From the NCBI GenBank assembly GCA_032718475.1, contig JAUCBJ010006945.1, forward strand, positions 1-37,902: 37,902 nucleotides of DNA, read 5' to 3'. The DNA comes from Nemertoderma westbladi. Its lineage: Eukaryota > Animalia > Xenacoelomorpha. The notes under the pieces are model-generated. The model was not told the DNA's origin. It saw nothing but the letters and a program-made list of their open reading frames with translations, and did no database searches. The first letter of the stretch is position 1, and each line of letters begins with the position of its first letter. Below, piece after piece: positions 1-12,908 of the stretch. The translations under genes and the position numbers were made by a program.

Positions 1-75
1 GCTAAAGGTGATTTATTATCTAGAAGACATCCTAATTTGGCGGGTTAAACTGCCAAAGGTCTGAAAGCGCGAACA
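1..75 (+). mobile_element. 3' terminus of an LTR (3' or solo LTR) of a relative of the BEL/Pao element at 19306-31192
   Basis: 1-75 aligns by eye at roughly 80% to 20458-20536 and ends at the same terminus AAAGCGCGAACA. It is not followed by the internal-region start GTAACAG. Confidence 0.85.
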
Positions 76-200
76 CTTATTTAATTAAGGAACAGCAAAT
101 TAGAAGCCCAGAAATATTTCCATATGCTGAAATGACACCCAAATTGGAAATATGCCACCCCTGGTAGAGTTCCGGTAGCAATATGCAGGTACAGTATAAC

Positions 201-1374
201 GGGTGTTTGAAAAGGGTGGACTGGACACAGAAAACATGGACAACGGACAGACCAATCAGAAACGTATTATTCAAAGCAGTTTGAGGCAATTGGTCTGTCC
301 ACCTTTTTCAAGTTTCGCTTTCTTAGTTACATAATTGGGAATAAGATGTGTGTTTGAAAAAGGTGGACTGGACACATGCACAAAAAACATAGATAATAGT
401 CGGACCAATCAGAAACGTATTAAAGCAATGCTATTTATTAGTGATTGGACTGTCCACCTTTTTCATAGGTTTCAATTATCTATCTATAATGGGCATGCTG
501 GAAGCAGCTGCATTAAGAATGCTGCCGGTGTCCTAGGTGTATCTACCCCCCCCCCCCCCCCCCCCCCGCGCGGATTGCCCCCCTATAGATTTACAGTACC
601 GGTATAATAAATAGTAGGTCTAGCGTACCGTACAGCACTTTAACGTAGATTTGTTGGTTTATTTTCGTGGTTGGGTTAGTTGGTCAGGCCCAAACCCTAA
701 TTAAAACTGTCATTAACCCTATACCGGTAACCTTAAAGTCCCGATGCTCTAATTTAAAAAAATTATGTGGAACTTAGGACCCAAAATATTTAAGTGGTTT
801 AAATATTTAAGGGGTTACAATTCGTTACATGACAGTTTTAATTTATTTACCTCCCTCGCTGCGCTCGGTCGTTTAATAACAGATCTCGGGATGGACGGTA
901 AATAAAACATATTATATTTCCCTCATAGCAGCGCAGTACAATAGGTAGGCCTAATTATTATAATTAACTTTATGTAATGAGTTAGAATATTGACGTTCAA
1001 ATATTGATGCTAATGCTGTAAGGCTCAGCTCACAGACTTCGCGTGGCTCGCCCCATGATTGAACTAGGCCTATTTCGACAACTTTGGTTGGCTGGTTGTT
1101 CACAGTAAGTATGGGATAATAATAACATTAATAATCCATAAAAACTTTCTGAAATATTTTGAAAAACGTGGACAGAGCTGCTATAATGTGCAAATCAATC
1201 TGATCGGTCAATTCATTGCCTGTTCTTTCTCAACCCAGTCCACCTTATTCAAATTTGAAAAAGGTGGACAACAAAGCTGAAAAAGGTGGACATGCGGTGT
1301 GACGCAAATTGCCCGTGATTGGTCTGTCCATTGTCCATGTTTTCTGTGTCCAGTCCACCTTTTTCAAACACCCC
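201..1374. mobile_element. MITE-like inverted-repeat element
   Basis: GGGTGTTTGAAAAGGGTGGACTGGACACAGAAAACATGGACAACGGACAGACCAATCA at 201 is near-perfectly reverse-complemented at about 1316-1374. Internal partial copies occur at 348-465 and 1150-1290. No clear TSD. Confidence 0.65.
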
Positions 1375-2000
1375 AGGATAACGGTTTAAAAGGTAGCTGT
1401 ACTTTGAATAATGTTTCTATTTCAATGTACCTGTACACGGTACAGTACCGGTAGCAAAATGCTGAAATAATGTTTCAATTTCAAAGTACCGACTAGTACG
1501 GTACCACAACTAAGGTGTTTGCCAGCTGTTTACCGCCTCCGGCCACTGAAATTTTTGACTGTGTTTGTTATTGTTTCTGTAGTTTCTTTACTCTACATCA
1601 AAATTCAACCAAACATGAACCAAATGACATCACTAAGGGGGGAATAGAATATACTAATAATTGATGACATAATTCATATAATTAATAATTAAGTAAAGCT
1701 AAAAAATGAGGTGTTTTCCTCCTCCAGCAAATTTAGGTATTTCCTAGCGGTAAACACGTGGGTAATACCTACTTTTAGTTTTGTGAATATCATTAGGTAT
1801 ATACCATGTGATTACTGGCAATCATGTCCACCAATCACCTAGTAAACACCTCTATCAAAGACCTACAGTATGTTAGAGGTATTTACCACGCGTTCGCTAT
1901 TCGTGAATGCGGCTTCGGGTGAGTTTTTGGCCAGTAGGTAATACCCAGCTAGTAACTACCTAGCAGAGTAATACCTACTTTTGTGAATACGGCTTCAGGT

Positions 2001-2574
2001 GTCTGCACCACTGTCTGCACCACTGTCTGCACCAGTGTCTGCACCATTGTCTGCACCGCTGTCTGCACCGCTGTCTGCACCACTGTCTGCACCACTGTCT
2101 GCACCACTGTCTGCACCACTGTCTGCACCACTGTCTGCACCACTGTCTGCACCACTGTCTGCACCACTGTATGCACCACTGTATGCACCACTGTCTGCAC
2201 CACTGTCTGCACCACTGTCTGCACCACTGTCTGCACCACTGTCTGCACCACTGTCTGCACCACTGTCTGCACCACTGTCTGCACCACTGTCTGCACCACT
2301 GTCTGCACCACTGTCTGCACCACTGTCTGCACCACTGTCTGCACCACTGTCTGCACCACTGTCTGCACCACTGTCTGCACCACTGTCTGCACCACTGTCT
2401 GCACCACTGTCTGCACCACTGTCTGCACCACTGTCTGCACCACTGTCTGCACCACTGTCTGCACCACTGTCCGCACCAGTATCTGCACCACTGCCTGCAC
2501 CATATTGTCTGCACCACTGTCTGCACCATAGTGTCTGCACCACTGTCTGCACCAGTGTCTGCACCACTGTCTGC
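2001..2574. repeat. 12-bp minisatellite (GTCTGCACCACT)n, about 48 units
   Basis: Directly visible. It explains the six low-complexity ORFs (VVQT, CTTV, SAPL etc.). Confidence 0.97.
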
Positions 2575-2850
2575 TTAACGTTTACACCCCTTGTAATACT
2601 GTAGATTACATTAAAATAATACATTCCCTTCAAAGAACTTAATAAATAATACCCCGCGCAATCCTTAAGGTGGCACACAATAGGCCTACTGCTATACCGG
2701 TACCGGTACCATTATTTATTATTTACCCTGATTTCAGGCTTGTTTAGCTAGTGTCGTTCAAACTACAGGAGCAGGAGGTAGTGCATTGTGCAATAGGCCT
2801 ACCTGCCTACAGCGCCTCTGATAGAGGAATTGCTTTTGGAAGAACAATAC

Positions 2851-4242
2851 TTTTGTTACATTATGTCAACTTAACAGCGTTCTGGTGAATTCCTCGTAAT
2901 GCTGCAAAGTACAGAAGTAGGCCTACTACTACTGACTACCAGACTACTACAGTACTACAGTACTGCAGTTACTACTTTGCAGCGTTGCGGCCTATAGCTG
3001 TATAGGACGGACTGACGGAACGCTGCAAAGTAATCAATGACATGGAAACAACTTCAATTACCGTATTCGAGAATGTATTATTTCCATTTATATTAACTGA
3101 TTACTGGATTAATGCTGTAATGTGTGCTTTTTATTCAATAAAGCAGCACGTGTTTGCATAATGCTGTAATGCGTGCGTCCAGATTGAAGTGACAGGACGG
3201 GTGACAGACCGAACGTAATCAGGATCGAATGTAACATACTTTTACGAATCGAACGTAACCTCAATTATGTCTGTATGTTATGTTACATTGGATCCTATAA
3301 CTATGTTACATTCGATCTACAAATTACTAAGCTCGATTGTAACATACATTTATTTCAGTTGTGTTTTGATTTCAGGAGTTAACCGATGAAATGCTTCGTC
3401 TATTTACAGGAAGAAACAGTTTGGTGTTATGGTGAGTACAAAACAAAGACCCAAGACACAATTAAGTGACCTGCAATCTTGTAACATGTCTTAACTTTCG
3501 TTTACTGTTTTGGTTCCCCCAACACGCCTCTATAACCTGCTCCTTTCAGCCTTTAAATAAAAGTAACCTGCATACTGCAGTACTGGCATAATCTTGTAAC
3601 ATCTGTTAACTTTCGTTTATTGTTTTGGTTCCCCCAACACGCCTCAGTAACCTGCTCCTTTAAATTTGTAAATGGCAATGTTACATTCGAGCTTAGTAAT
3701 TTGTAGATCGAATGTAACATAGTTATAGGATCCAATGTAACATAATTGCAGTTACGTTCGATACGAAATAACTATGTTACATTCGATCCTGATTACGTTC
3801 GGTCATGTATCTGACAGGACTAGCTACTGTGTAGGTCTATGTGAATAATCGTGTTTAACGTGTCTGCGTGTAAGACTGTATTCCATACGTAAGACATTGT
3901 ATAGGCTTAGAAAAGGAGCAAAGAAAATATGGCGACAGTGTTCCGTAAAACTGAACGGACAAAGACGGTAACTCAGTCGACAATGGATCAAAGATTTATC
4001 AGATCCACGCAGGAGATAACAACAATAAACTTTAATTAGATAAATATAAATGCTGAAATGTTTAATTAATACTGTGTACCGGTACCTGTTAATAAATTTC
4101 ACTTATTTATATTTGAATTAGTATATACATGATCAGATGATTAAAATGTTTAAATGAGAGTATCCCTAAAATACTTTCTTCACATACGGCAGCGGCAGCA
4201 GTACGGTACCGAACGCTGATAAGTTGACATAATGTAACAAAA
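2851..4242. mobile_element. Old inverted-repeat (MITE) element containing a nested MITE
   Basis: TTTTGTTACATTATGTCAACTTAACAGCGTTC (2851-2882) is a near-perfect inverse of GAACGCTGATAAGTTGACATAATGTAACAAAA (4211-4242). Confidence 0.45.
3205..3806. mobile_element. Foldback MITE with long imperfect TIRs
   Basis: GACCGAACGTAATCAGGATCGAATGTAACAT... at about 3207 is inverted at about 3774-3804. Inverted arms run about 3205-3345 and 3680-3806, with an internal ~110-bp direct duplication. Confidence 0.7.
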
Positions 4243-4672
4243 TTACATATACATCATTGTATGCAAAGGTCACTTTTCCTTCAGCGTTAAAGACCCTTGT
4301 TTATTTATGTAAACCTCCCTCGCTGCGATCGCTCGTTACATAAATAAACTCGGATCATAACGAAAGTTAAAATTATTGAAGGGGGGGGGGGGGGGCTATC
4401 TCAGCTTCATTCCCCTGGGCGCCAGAAGGGCTCGCTACGCCTCTGGCTGTCTGGTTAACGTTCTAAGTATTTTGTATCTAAGCATCTAAGCCGGTATATT
4501 GACCAAATTTCTAAGTGGTTTCCTCTACCGGTAGGTCTGTAGGAAGCGGTAAATTGACCAAAAATACAAAATAGGTGTGTCGCGTGGTTTGTCACGGGAA
4601 CTGGTAAAATGACATTAAAAAAAAATTCAAAATGGAGGCCCCCCAAACAGGAACGTCCAACGTCCCTCAATA

Positions 4673-5915
4673 CACCATGTCCCAGAATATAGTGTCGTAA
4701 TTCAGTGACACCCCCCCCCCCCCCCCCCCTCCTAATTTTTCTACAAATCGTAATGAGATTGCATGAAATTTGAAACAGAGATAGTTTCACCTCCCGACCA
4801 CTGACTGGGTGAGCCAGAATTTTTATTTTTGCTTTCAATCTTTAGCTACAAGCTTTTAAGAAAAGTGTCTCCAGCGATGTTACATCAGTTAGTACACCGC
4901 AGTTATTCTTCAACCTTATAGTGATTTGTAGATACTAGTGGAAAGCTGACCCTGCAGCTGCAAGGATTCCAAATATGTAACACAATTTGAATTTCGTTGA
5001 AAAATAGTTCAAATGTTGCATGGTTTTGCACCTGCGCGAGGCTATTATATTATATTTAATAAATGCATCATAATCTGGAATATTTTGTTTATCCAAATAG
5101 GTAGCTGGGCAACAATGCATTACATCTTCATCATCGCACTATTACATACGGTAGCTATTCATACATTTAAAAGGTGTTCCAGAATATGGTTTATTTATTA
5201 AATAGGCCTATAATAAAATGGGGTAACAGACGTTTCGGTCTAAGACGTTTTGGGCCTAGGACGTTTCGGCCCCAATGAATGAAATACAAGGATTTGCTTG
5301 TCGGACGTTTTGGCCCAAAGATTCACTTTACTCCCTTAAATAAGCTATTAATAATAAGTTATTCAATATATTTGTTTTGTAGTTGTTACGTTCGTTACAA
5401 TAGGAGTTGTCAGTAGGAACTGCTCCGACACTTTCGTCAAGATCGAAGTTCTACATTATATTTATAAATAATAACTAATGTAATATTATTCTTATTATTA
5501 TTTGCAAAACTAATTAAATTAATTATATTTATTAAATTATTATGTGCAAAAACCATGCAACTTTTGAACGCTCATATCTCAGCTATTTTTCAACGAAATT
5601 CAAATTGTGTTATATATTTGGAATCCTTGCATGGCCAGCTTTCTAACAAAACCAACAAACAGCTATAAGGTAGAAGAATAACTGCGGTGTAACTGGTGCA
5701 ATATCGAGGGAGACACTTTTTTTTTAAACGCTTTAGCTAAAGATTAAAAGCAAAAATAAAAATTCTGGCTCACCCAGTCAGTGGTCGGGAAGTGTCACTC
5801 TCTGTTTCAAATTTAATGCAATCTCATTAGATTTGTAGAAAATTAGTGGGGGGGGGGGGGGGGGGGGGTGTCACTGAATTACCTGAATTACGATACTATA
5901 TTCTGGAACATGGTG
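4673..5915. mobile_element. Tc1/mariner-type non-autonomous element with ~360-bp TIRs and TA TSD
   Basis: TA|CACCATGTCCCAGAATATAGT ... ACTATATTCTGGAACATGGTG|TA. Arms 4673-5031 and about 5544-5915 are inverted copies that include poly-C/poly-G tracts. Confidence 0.8.
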
Positions 5916-5982
5916 TAACACAGTACAGGAGTAGTCCTACAGGAATAACGGTAGGCTTTCATTAAAACTTCACAATCAGACA

Positions 5983-7052
5983 ATGCCGAGCCCTGAAAGA
6001 ATATCGGACGCGAGTCGCGAGACGTCCTCGACCTTATGACAATCCCTCCGAACGCGGTAAATCCTCCCACAGAGTGTTCCTAAGCAACCTTCCTTATGAT
6101 CTCCGATGGCCAGACCTCAAAGACATATTCCGGGACAAGGTAGGCGAGGTTGGTCCACGTGAACCTACAGCTGAGCGAAGATGGGAGGACGAACAAAGGG
6201 ATCGGTTGGGTAGAGTTGACAAACGCTGAGGACGTCGAGAAAGCCATCGACGTGCTCAATCGTACTGAGGTTAAAGGCCGGAAGATAATCGTTAGACAAG
6301 AAACGTCTAGGGATCGGGAGCGGTTGCGAGAGACCAGCGAAGATGTTCGTCGGCAACGAATGCCGTACGCCGGGATGGAGCCGACGCTTGGGGGCGGGGG
6401 GATGGGGTTTCCAGGGGGCACTGGAGGCGGAGGGGGGCTCCTAGGGGGCGGGGGGCTAAGCCAAATCGCCATGCTGCTGCAGCCCCATCTCGCGGACGCG
6501 TTGTCCGGCGGCGGGACCAACTGCACGATCTTCGTCGCGAATCTTGAGTACGGCATCGCGTGGCAGAAGCTCAAGGATATCTTCAAGGTGGCTGGTCGGG
6601 TGCGGCGCGTCGATTTGAAGGAGGATAACGCGGGTAAAAGTCGAGGGTGCGGCACCATCGAGTACAGCAACCCGGAAGAGGCGATACGAGCGGTCTCGAT
6701 GTTCCACGGACAAATACTAAACGGGCGGCCCATGTCCGTCCGACTGGACGACATGGGGGGCAGAGGGGAGCGCGATCGATATGCCCCCCCGCGGGGGGAC
6801 CGAGGTAGGCCCCCTCCCCGGGGGGAACTCGATTTCAAGCCGCCCAGAGAGGCCGACTTTATGCCACATCGGCCTCCTCCCATGGATTATATGCCTCGGG
6901 AGGATCCGTTGATGGGTTTGGGTCGGTTGGACAACCCGCTGTTGGGTCAGTTGGCGGGTCTCCTCCAGTTGGCCGCATCCCGCGGTGTCGGGGATGTTTA
7001 CGAGGACCGGAGGGATTACGGTTACCGTGGGGGCCCCAGGTACGGTCGTTAG
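5983..7052 (+). pseudogene. Intronless hnRNP M / MYEF2-like two-RRM gene (retrocopy) with two +1 frameshifts; may be intact if these are assembly errors
   Basis: RRM1 reads RPYDNP...RVFLSNLPYDLRWPDLKDIFRDKVGEV (frame of 6068) and continues as VHVNLQ..KGIGWVE..AIDVLN..VKGRKIIVRQE in ORF 6150. RRM2 reads TIFVANLEYGIAWQKLKDIFKVAG..GKSRGCGTIEY..AVSMFHGQILNGRPMSVRLD. Gly/Met-rich linker. ATG at 5983, frameshifts near 5997 and 6150, stop at 7050-7052. Confidence 0.85.
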
Positions 7053-9529
7053 GAAGCCATCGTATCTCTCTGTCCAGCGATTTATTCTTTACTTACTGCA
7101 ATAGATTTTGATACTGTTAGATATTTGTTTGCAACAACAGCTCAACGCATTGCAACGGGAGTTTCCTTACCGGGTAGTTCACTCAACGGCTCAAATTCGA
7201 TTTGTATTCTCTCAGTTTGGCTTCATCAGTTCATCGCGTTGTATTTTATTCGTTTTTTTTTTTATCGAATTGATCCCTTTATAAATTAATTCTTTATGGT
7301 TGAAAAACTGGACTTAATTCATTTAAGTCGAATTGGTTTCGGATTGTCAAACTGGTTCATTTGGTCGATTCTGGTTGAAACATTTGGTTTTAATTCTACC
7401 AAATGTTTGCTCAGGGTCTATTTATTCACACAGAATTATTTTGATTGGTTGAATTTATCTCCCTGTATGTTCTATTCGCGGAATTTATGTATATCTATTT
7501 CATCGGAGTCTATGATATATATTTTTTAGTTCACGAAACTATATTATAAGTTGAATGTTTACGATATATTGTATAAACTATTGGTCTTTTGGTTTGGCCT
7601 ACTATTCGTTTTCTACGTACCATTTCTCTCGTGGTCTACCATCTACAGACTCATGACTTGTAGTCCCGTGGTCCGTCTATCTTCTTTTACGCTCTGGTAT
7701 ATCTACCGTAAGTAATTATCTTTCTATTTAAGTACTGGCCTACCTAAACGGGTTCCAATCGCAAAATATTCCATATTTGATTGGACTTGGGGCTCCAAAA
7801 CCCCAGTAATAGTTATCAGGCTGTTGTTCATAGGTTCATAGCTTATTATAATTCACTGATTAATTAATTCGGAAAGATTTGATTGAATTATTAAATTTAT
7901 TTGAACATAACTATTATCCCATGATTCTTCCCTCCATTGTATCTCACTGCTCTAATGTTAACAATAATTATTCTGGCTGCCTTTCTATATTCTGAGGTTC
8001 TTATAGTTCAATGTTGTTGGATCGTCGGTGTTTATTGTCATTCATTTTGGTGTTTATCTTTTTTTTGTTGAATTTTATTCTCTCGTTCTACTGCACTATT
8101 ATATTAAATATATATTTGTAATGATATAAGAATACAACTTCAGTGTATTAACTTTTCGTGAGTCACTTTCACCTTTCGATTAACTTCAGGGTTAGAAGAG
8201 AAAACATTGGGGATTCTCCCGCAGCTTCTTATTGGCTGTTTTATTTTTCAGAAAATTGGGCCATTCAGTGTCGGCAAATACGGAATCTCTATTCCTTCCG
8301 CCTTAATAACAATTCCGGTTAAAATTATTTAATCCACCATCTGAATAATTGGTATCCAATTGACCCGCTTTGAGTTTCCTTTCAAACAACTGGTTCTAGA
8401 TATAGACCTTTATAGTGTTAGACTGACTAATAAGGACTTCAATGCTTTTTGTTACTTATAAAATAAAAAGGATCAGTCTCATTCGCAACATTCTCGACAT
8501 CTACACAGATTTGGCCACTTGATTAATCCTTGCAACAGTATATTTTATTGTCTTTGGTTTTGAGTTAGTTTTAGTGGGCGGTGACCATATTATTTTGTCG
8601 TTTAAAATCACTTTATTCGTTTCTCTACAGTCTACATGTAACTTTTGGTAATAAACTATTTGGCCAAGCGATGTATATACTTACACGACTTAGTATGATG
8701 TTTGTGGACATCAGGGCATTTGATATACTTCGGTTCGGACTCAAACATGTTTGATTACTTAAATTTACAGTTTCGATTCGGATTCGTTTCGTGAACATCT
8801 TCTTTTTTTTGTTTCTAAATAATCAGTTTCATTCAGCTGTAGTTACTGATCCAGTGGCCCCCCTGGACACATCGTCTCCGAACGGATGTTAGACCAACTG
8901 ATACACAACAACCCCGACAAATGCGATCCAGGTAATGGGTAAGTGATTACATTGTTCAGTTTGATTAGAAAATGGGAAGATTATGTAACTAGGTACCAAA
9001 TGTAGAACTTTTATATGGCACTGGCAGTTGAGAATCCAATAATATCGGTATGAGCATGAGTTATGGTACAGCATATACATTGATGATACAGCATGAGTTA
9101 GGCCCGTTACGTGGTACACCATTTACTTACGTTAATTTCCCTAAATCGGATCAAACATTTGCTTTGGTTTTTAGTAGGCTGCGAAAATTTATCAGATCTG
9201 TGGTTGTTCTGATGCGTACGAGCTACATACACAGGGTTGTCACTCACCTGGAATAGTCAGGTAATTTAATTTTTCTTGAAATGTCGAGGGAATGTGATAT
9301 TATACATGTGGCAACCCTGATACAGTTATATAGCTAATTTATAGTAGGGATAAGATGATTGCGTCTAATTTCGCCTGGAGATGGATGAATTTTGAGTCAC
9401 AAACTATCTGAATCAATTAGACCAACTTCTTTGAAGTTGAAATTTAATGCTTATTTTTATACATATTTCCATTTTCGGGTAAATTTAGGCTTACAATGCT
9501 ACATACTTCAAGTCGTAATCTTACATTTA

Positions 9530-9820
9530 CACCATGTCCCAGAATATAGTGTCGTTATTCTGGTACATGCCCCCCCCCCCCCCCCCCCCCCCCATTGAAT
9601 GAAATTTGAAACAGATAGCTTCACCCCTTATTTTTGCTTTCAATCTTTAGCTACAAGTGTTTAAAAAGTGTCTAAGTCGATATTGCACCAGTCGTACAGC
9701 AGTTATTCCTAAACCTTATAACGATTCGTCCGTGCAAGGATTCCAAATATGTAACACGATCTGAATTTCGTTGAAAACTACCTGAGATATGACCTTTCAA
9801 ATGTTGCATGGTTTTGCATC
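9530..9820 (+). mobile_element. Partial third copy of the Tc1-like TIR seen at 4673
   Basis: TA|CACCATGTCCCAGAATATAGTGTCG...GCAAGGATTCCAAATATGTAACAC...GTTGCATGGTTTTGCA is colinear with 4673-5030, with deletions. Confidence 0.8.
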
Positions 9821-10335
9821 TATTGTATTCTATAAGGGGAGAGCAGGGAGGGTTAAAAAATGAGGAGGGGTGAATCAGTGTAATTTAAAGGAGAACGCTT
9901 GGGTTGGGGGGCGTTTCCATGGATACACCATTTAGAGAGACAATTAAAAACTGTACCTACTGTTTTATTTAGTCCACCTCTAGGCTACATGCTGTTTGGC
10001 TATGAAGGAAAGTATACTTTTGCCACATGTTTTCTAGAACTGATACCTCTATTTTGGATCCCTCCCATTAGTTAATTTGACAATTCTCCAATAAATGTGA
10101 ATACTGTGATAATATACTTTTCTGGGGGATAAATTATTCTGCTTAAAAATTAGGTATGGATGATTATTGATTGCGTCACTTGTCTGCTCTTTTCGTACAC
10201 AATGCATTTTTCAAAAAATAGTAGTGCGAGAGGCTTGAATCAATGGAGGGGTAGGAGGGTTGAACCACTTCGGATGGATGGGTAGGATGGTTGAAACACT
10301 TTCCTATTATTGGTTGTTTTGTATAAATATTTATC

Positions 10336-11104
10336 TACAGGTTAAATATTTAGGTGCCACATTGGATAACTGCTTATCAGGACAAAGTACAGTGAAAAAT
10401 ATTTTCTCGAAAGTTAACAGTAGGCTTAGGTTTCTATACAGAAATAAAAATAGTTTGAACACCGACTCCCGCAAGTTACTTTGCTCTTCTTTAATACAGT
10501 GTCACATGGACTATGCTTGCTCTTCTTGGTATGAAGGCTTAACCAAACAGCTTAAATGTAAATTACAAGTAGCTCAGAATAAAGTAGTACGATTTATTAA
10601 AGACTACAAACCTAGGCACCACCTAACTCAAGATGACTTTTCTGAATCTGGACTACTTAACTTAGATAGTAGAGTTAAGCAGCTACGCCTTAACCATGTG
10701 CATAAAGTGTATAATGGTAAATGTCCCAATTACCTAAAACAAAAATTCAACAGAGTACGCGATACACACTCTTACAGTACCAGAGCTAGTGCTTCAAACT
10801 TCTACCTCCCGAATTGTAAATCCTTTGAATCTGATACTTTCTTTTTTAACGGCATAAAAAATTGGAACGCTCTGCCTAATGAAATTAAAAACCTAAATAA
10901 TCAACATTCTTTTAAATCTGCAGTTAAATCTCATCTCCGTGTGCAATGTAAAAATAGGTACAATAGTCCTACAGTAAGTTATTAGTTTATTAATTATTTA
11001 CTATTTATACTGTAATTACGTTTTATAATAAATTGTTCTGTACATTACATCTTTATCGTTGAGTCGGGCATTGTCACGCTCTCGGTAAAGTTGTACATGT
11101 ACAT
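10336..11104 (+). mobile_element. 5'-truncated LINE (L2/Crack/Daphne-like, CR1 group): ORF2 RT C-terminus and start of 3' UTR
   Basis: VKYLGATLD..LSG..VNSRLRFLYRNK..LCSSLIQCHMDYACSSWY..KLQVAQNK..HSYSTR..TFFFNGIKNWNALP..FKSAVK. Stop at 10983-10985. Confidence 0.85.
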
Positions 11105-11623
11105 TAGGGTGTGTCAAAAAATTTTTTTTTTCGATAATTCAATTTTCCTATCGTAAATGGGATGCCAAATTCATTAAAAATAACTTCAAAACAAATGAAA
11201 ACATTTTATTTTTACATTTGACCCCCGCACAAGCCAACTTTGTTTCGAACGTTTTTTCAAAAATTAAATTTTTTATGAAATTTTTTTCCTTTTATATTTC
11301 AACTTTCCCATATTTTATAGCATTCTTGGTTAGTTAGTTATTTGTAAGAAACGATAATTTTACAATTTCATATATGTTCTACCCCCGCACCTAGTCACCA
11401 AAGTAGGTTGCTTTTCACGAATACGCAAAAAAATATCGTTATTTATGTCATTATGTTTGTCAATGTGTATATTTAACCAACTTATCCCTAAAATTTGTGA
11501 TAATAAACAGTAGAACTGGGTCTGTGAACATTGTAATTAGTCTGGACGAGATCAGTACTATCAAGATGCTTTATTAATCACCACCAACACAATATAAGAA
11601 AAATCAGAATCCAATAACTCAAA

Positions 11624-12741
11624 CTAAACACCATCTGTACTACTGGGGATATTAAGGTTTATCTTTAGCTTAAAATCTTTCTTAGAATTAAATTTTGGCA
11701 TTGTTTGGCGACTAGATAATTGAGTTCTAATGTAGCCATCTCTCTCCTTAACACCGCAGACTCGTTTGGATACAGTTGACACGCATTGAACCAATTGTTC
11801 CACATTCTGGGAATGACATGGAATTTCCCATTTCATAGGACCTTTCTCCAGTAACATTTGTAGCTCAGTAAGAGATTTATTAGCTATTAAAGGGGGTTGA
11901 TGTTTCTCTTCATTAGTTTCAAGTAGCTCTAATAATGTATTCTCGGTACACGATATGTGAGGGGTACGGAACACTCTAATGATTGGCTCACTAGTTATCA
12001 ACTTCGATATTCTAATTTCACGTATTATATCAAACGCCTGAAATCGAGTGTCCTTATCTTCAGATGACAACAAAGATAATAATACATTTTCGCTGTGAGC
12101 ATAATATGCCCCTTGACGGAGAACTGGAAATATAATGGTCTTTTCATTATCGAGGAGTAACTTGTCACACAAAATCAACATATGGAGGAAGTGTAAAGCC
12201 CCGTATTGTATCTCCCAATTACGCTTTATATTAAACCAGGAAGGGGCATATATATTTATCACAAAATAAGAAAGACGGGAAAGTACATCAGATGGATCTT
12301 CGGTAGATACATAAAGCCGAAGGATTCTTGACGCAGTTGTAAGCCACCTCGAGTGACTGATAGGTCCTGGAGTTTTATTGGCGGTTGATTCACATAGTTC
12401 TCCAGATATTACTGCATTGCAGATATCAAATAAATATCGCTGATCACTCGAAAGTTTGGAAGAAACAGACTGTTCAAGTTCAGGAAAATTATTATTGATA
12501 ATAGGCTCAAATATAACAGGGCTAAATTTGTGACAATTATGAAGGAGTTTCCCAACTGGACCCGAAAATGTGTTGCTTCCTGTTGTAGTACCGTCAAGTT
12601 CTATTATCAGATGTCGAAGTGGAAGCTCGTTGATGTGAAGGAGGCATATCGCATGTTGAAGTGGTGTTTCTAGTTTCCGTTCGAGGTTCACAATTATTCC
12701 GTTTTTCCAGCCAGTATTAACGCTGGTGCTATCGCATCCAA
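11624..12741 (-). CDS. hATm-like transposase exon 2 (spliced product 742 aa)
   Basis: Acceptor TTTTCAG|TT gives in-frame DV-V-GCDSTSVNTGW (second D). Also CLLHINELPLRH, HSRWLTTA, YAPSWF and PCHSQNVEQ (catalytic E). Stop at 11624. Confidence 0.88.
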
Positions 12742-12908
12742 CTGAAAAAAATCAATGTAAACAATAATTTTTAAATAATAAATACCGTTATACCTCTACA
12801 TAACTTTTCCTATTGCCTACTGTATTTAGATTTTTCGGTAGTTGATTTCAGTTTGAGCTTAATGCGCCTAAATATATACGCCTATATAGGCCTATACGTT
12901 TATTATTT

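Noticed and set aside
1949-2678. Six overlapping 135-227 aa ORFs
   Set aside because: Artefacts of a stop-free 12-bp minisatellite.
3376-3430. Exon-like segment (TTTCAG...GTGAGT)
   Set aside because: It lies inside a MITE, with no partner exons or recognisable peptide.
4711-5868. Long poly-C/poly-G runs as regulatory G-quadruplex elements (similar runs at 546, 4381, 9569 and 34495)
   Set aside because: Several are parts of MITE TIRs, their lengths are unreliable in assemblies, and there is no functional evidence.
6080-6883. 267-aa minus-strand ORF
   Set aside because: Antisense shadow of the GC-rich RRM coding sequence.
9834-10335. Possible further MITE end (GGGGAGAGCAGGGAGGGTT...)
   Set aside because: No matching second terminus or TSD was found in the window.
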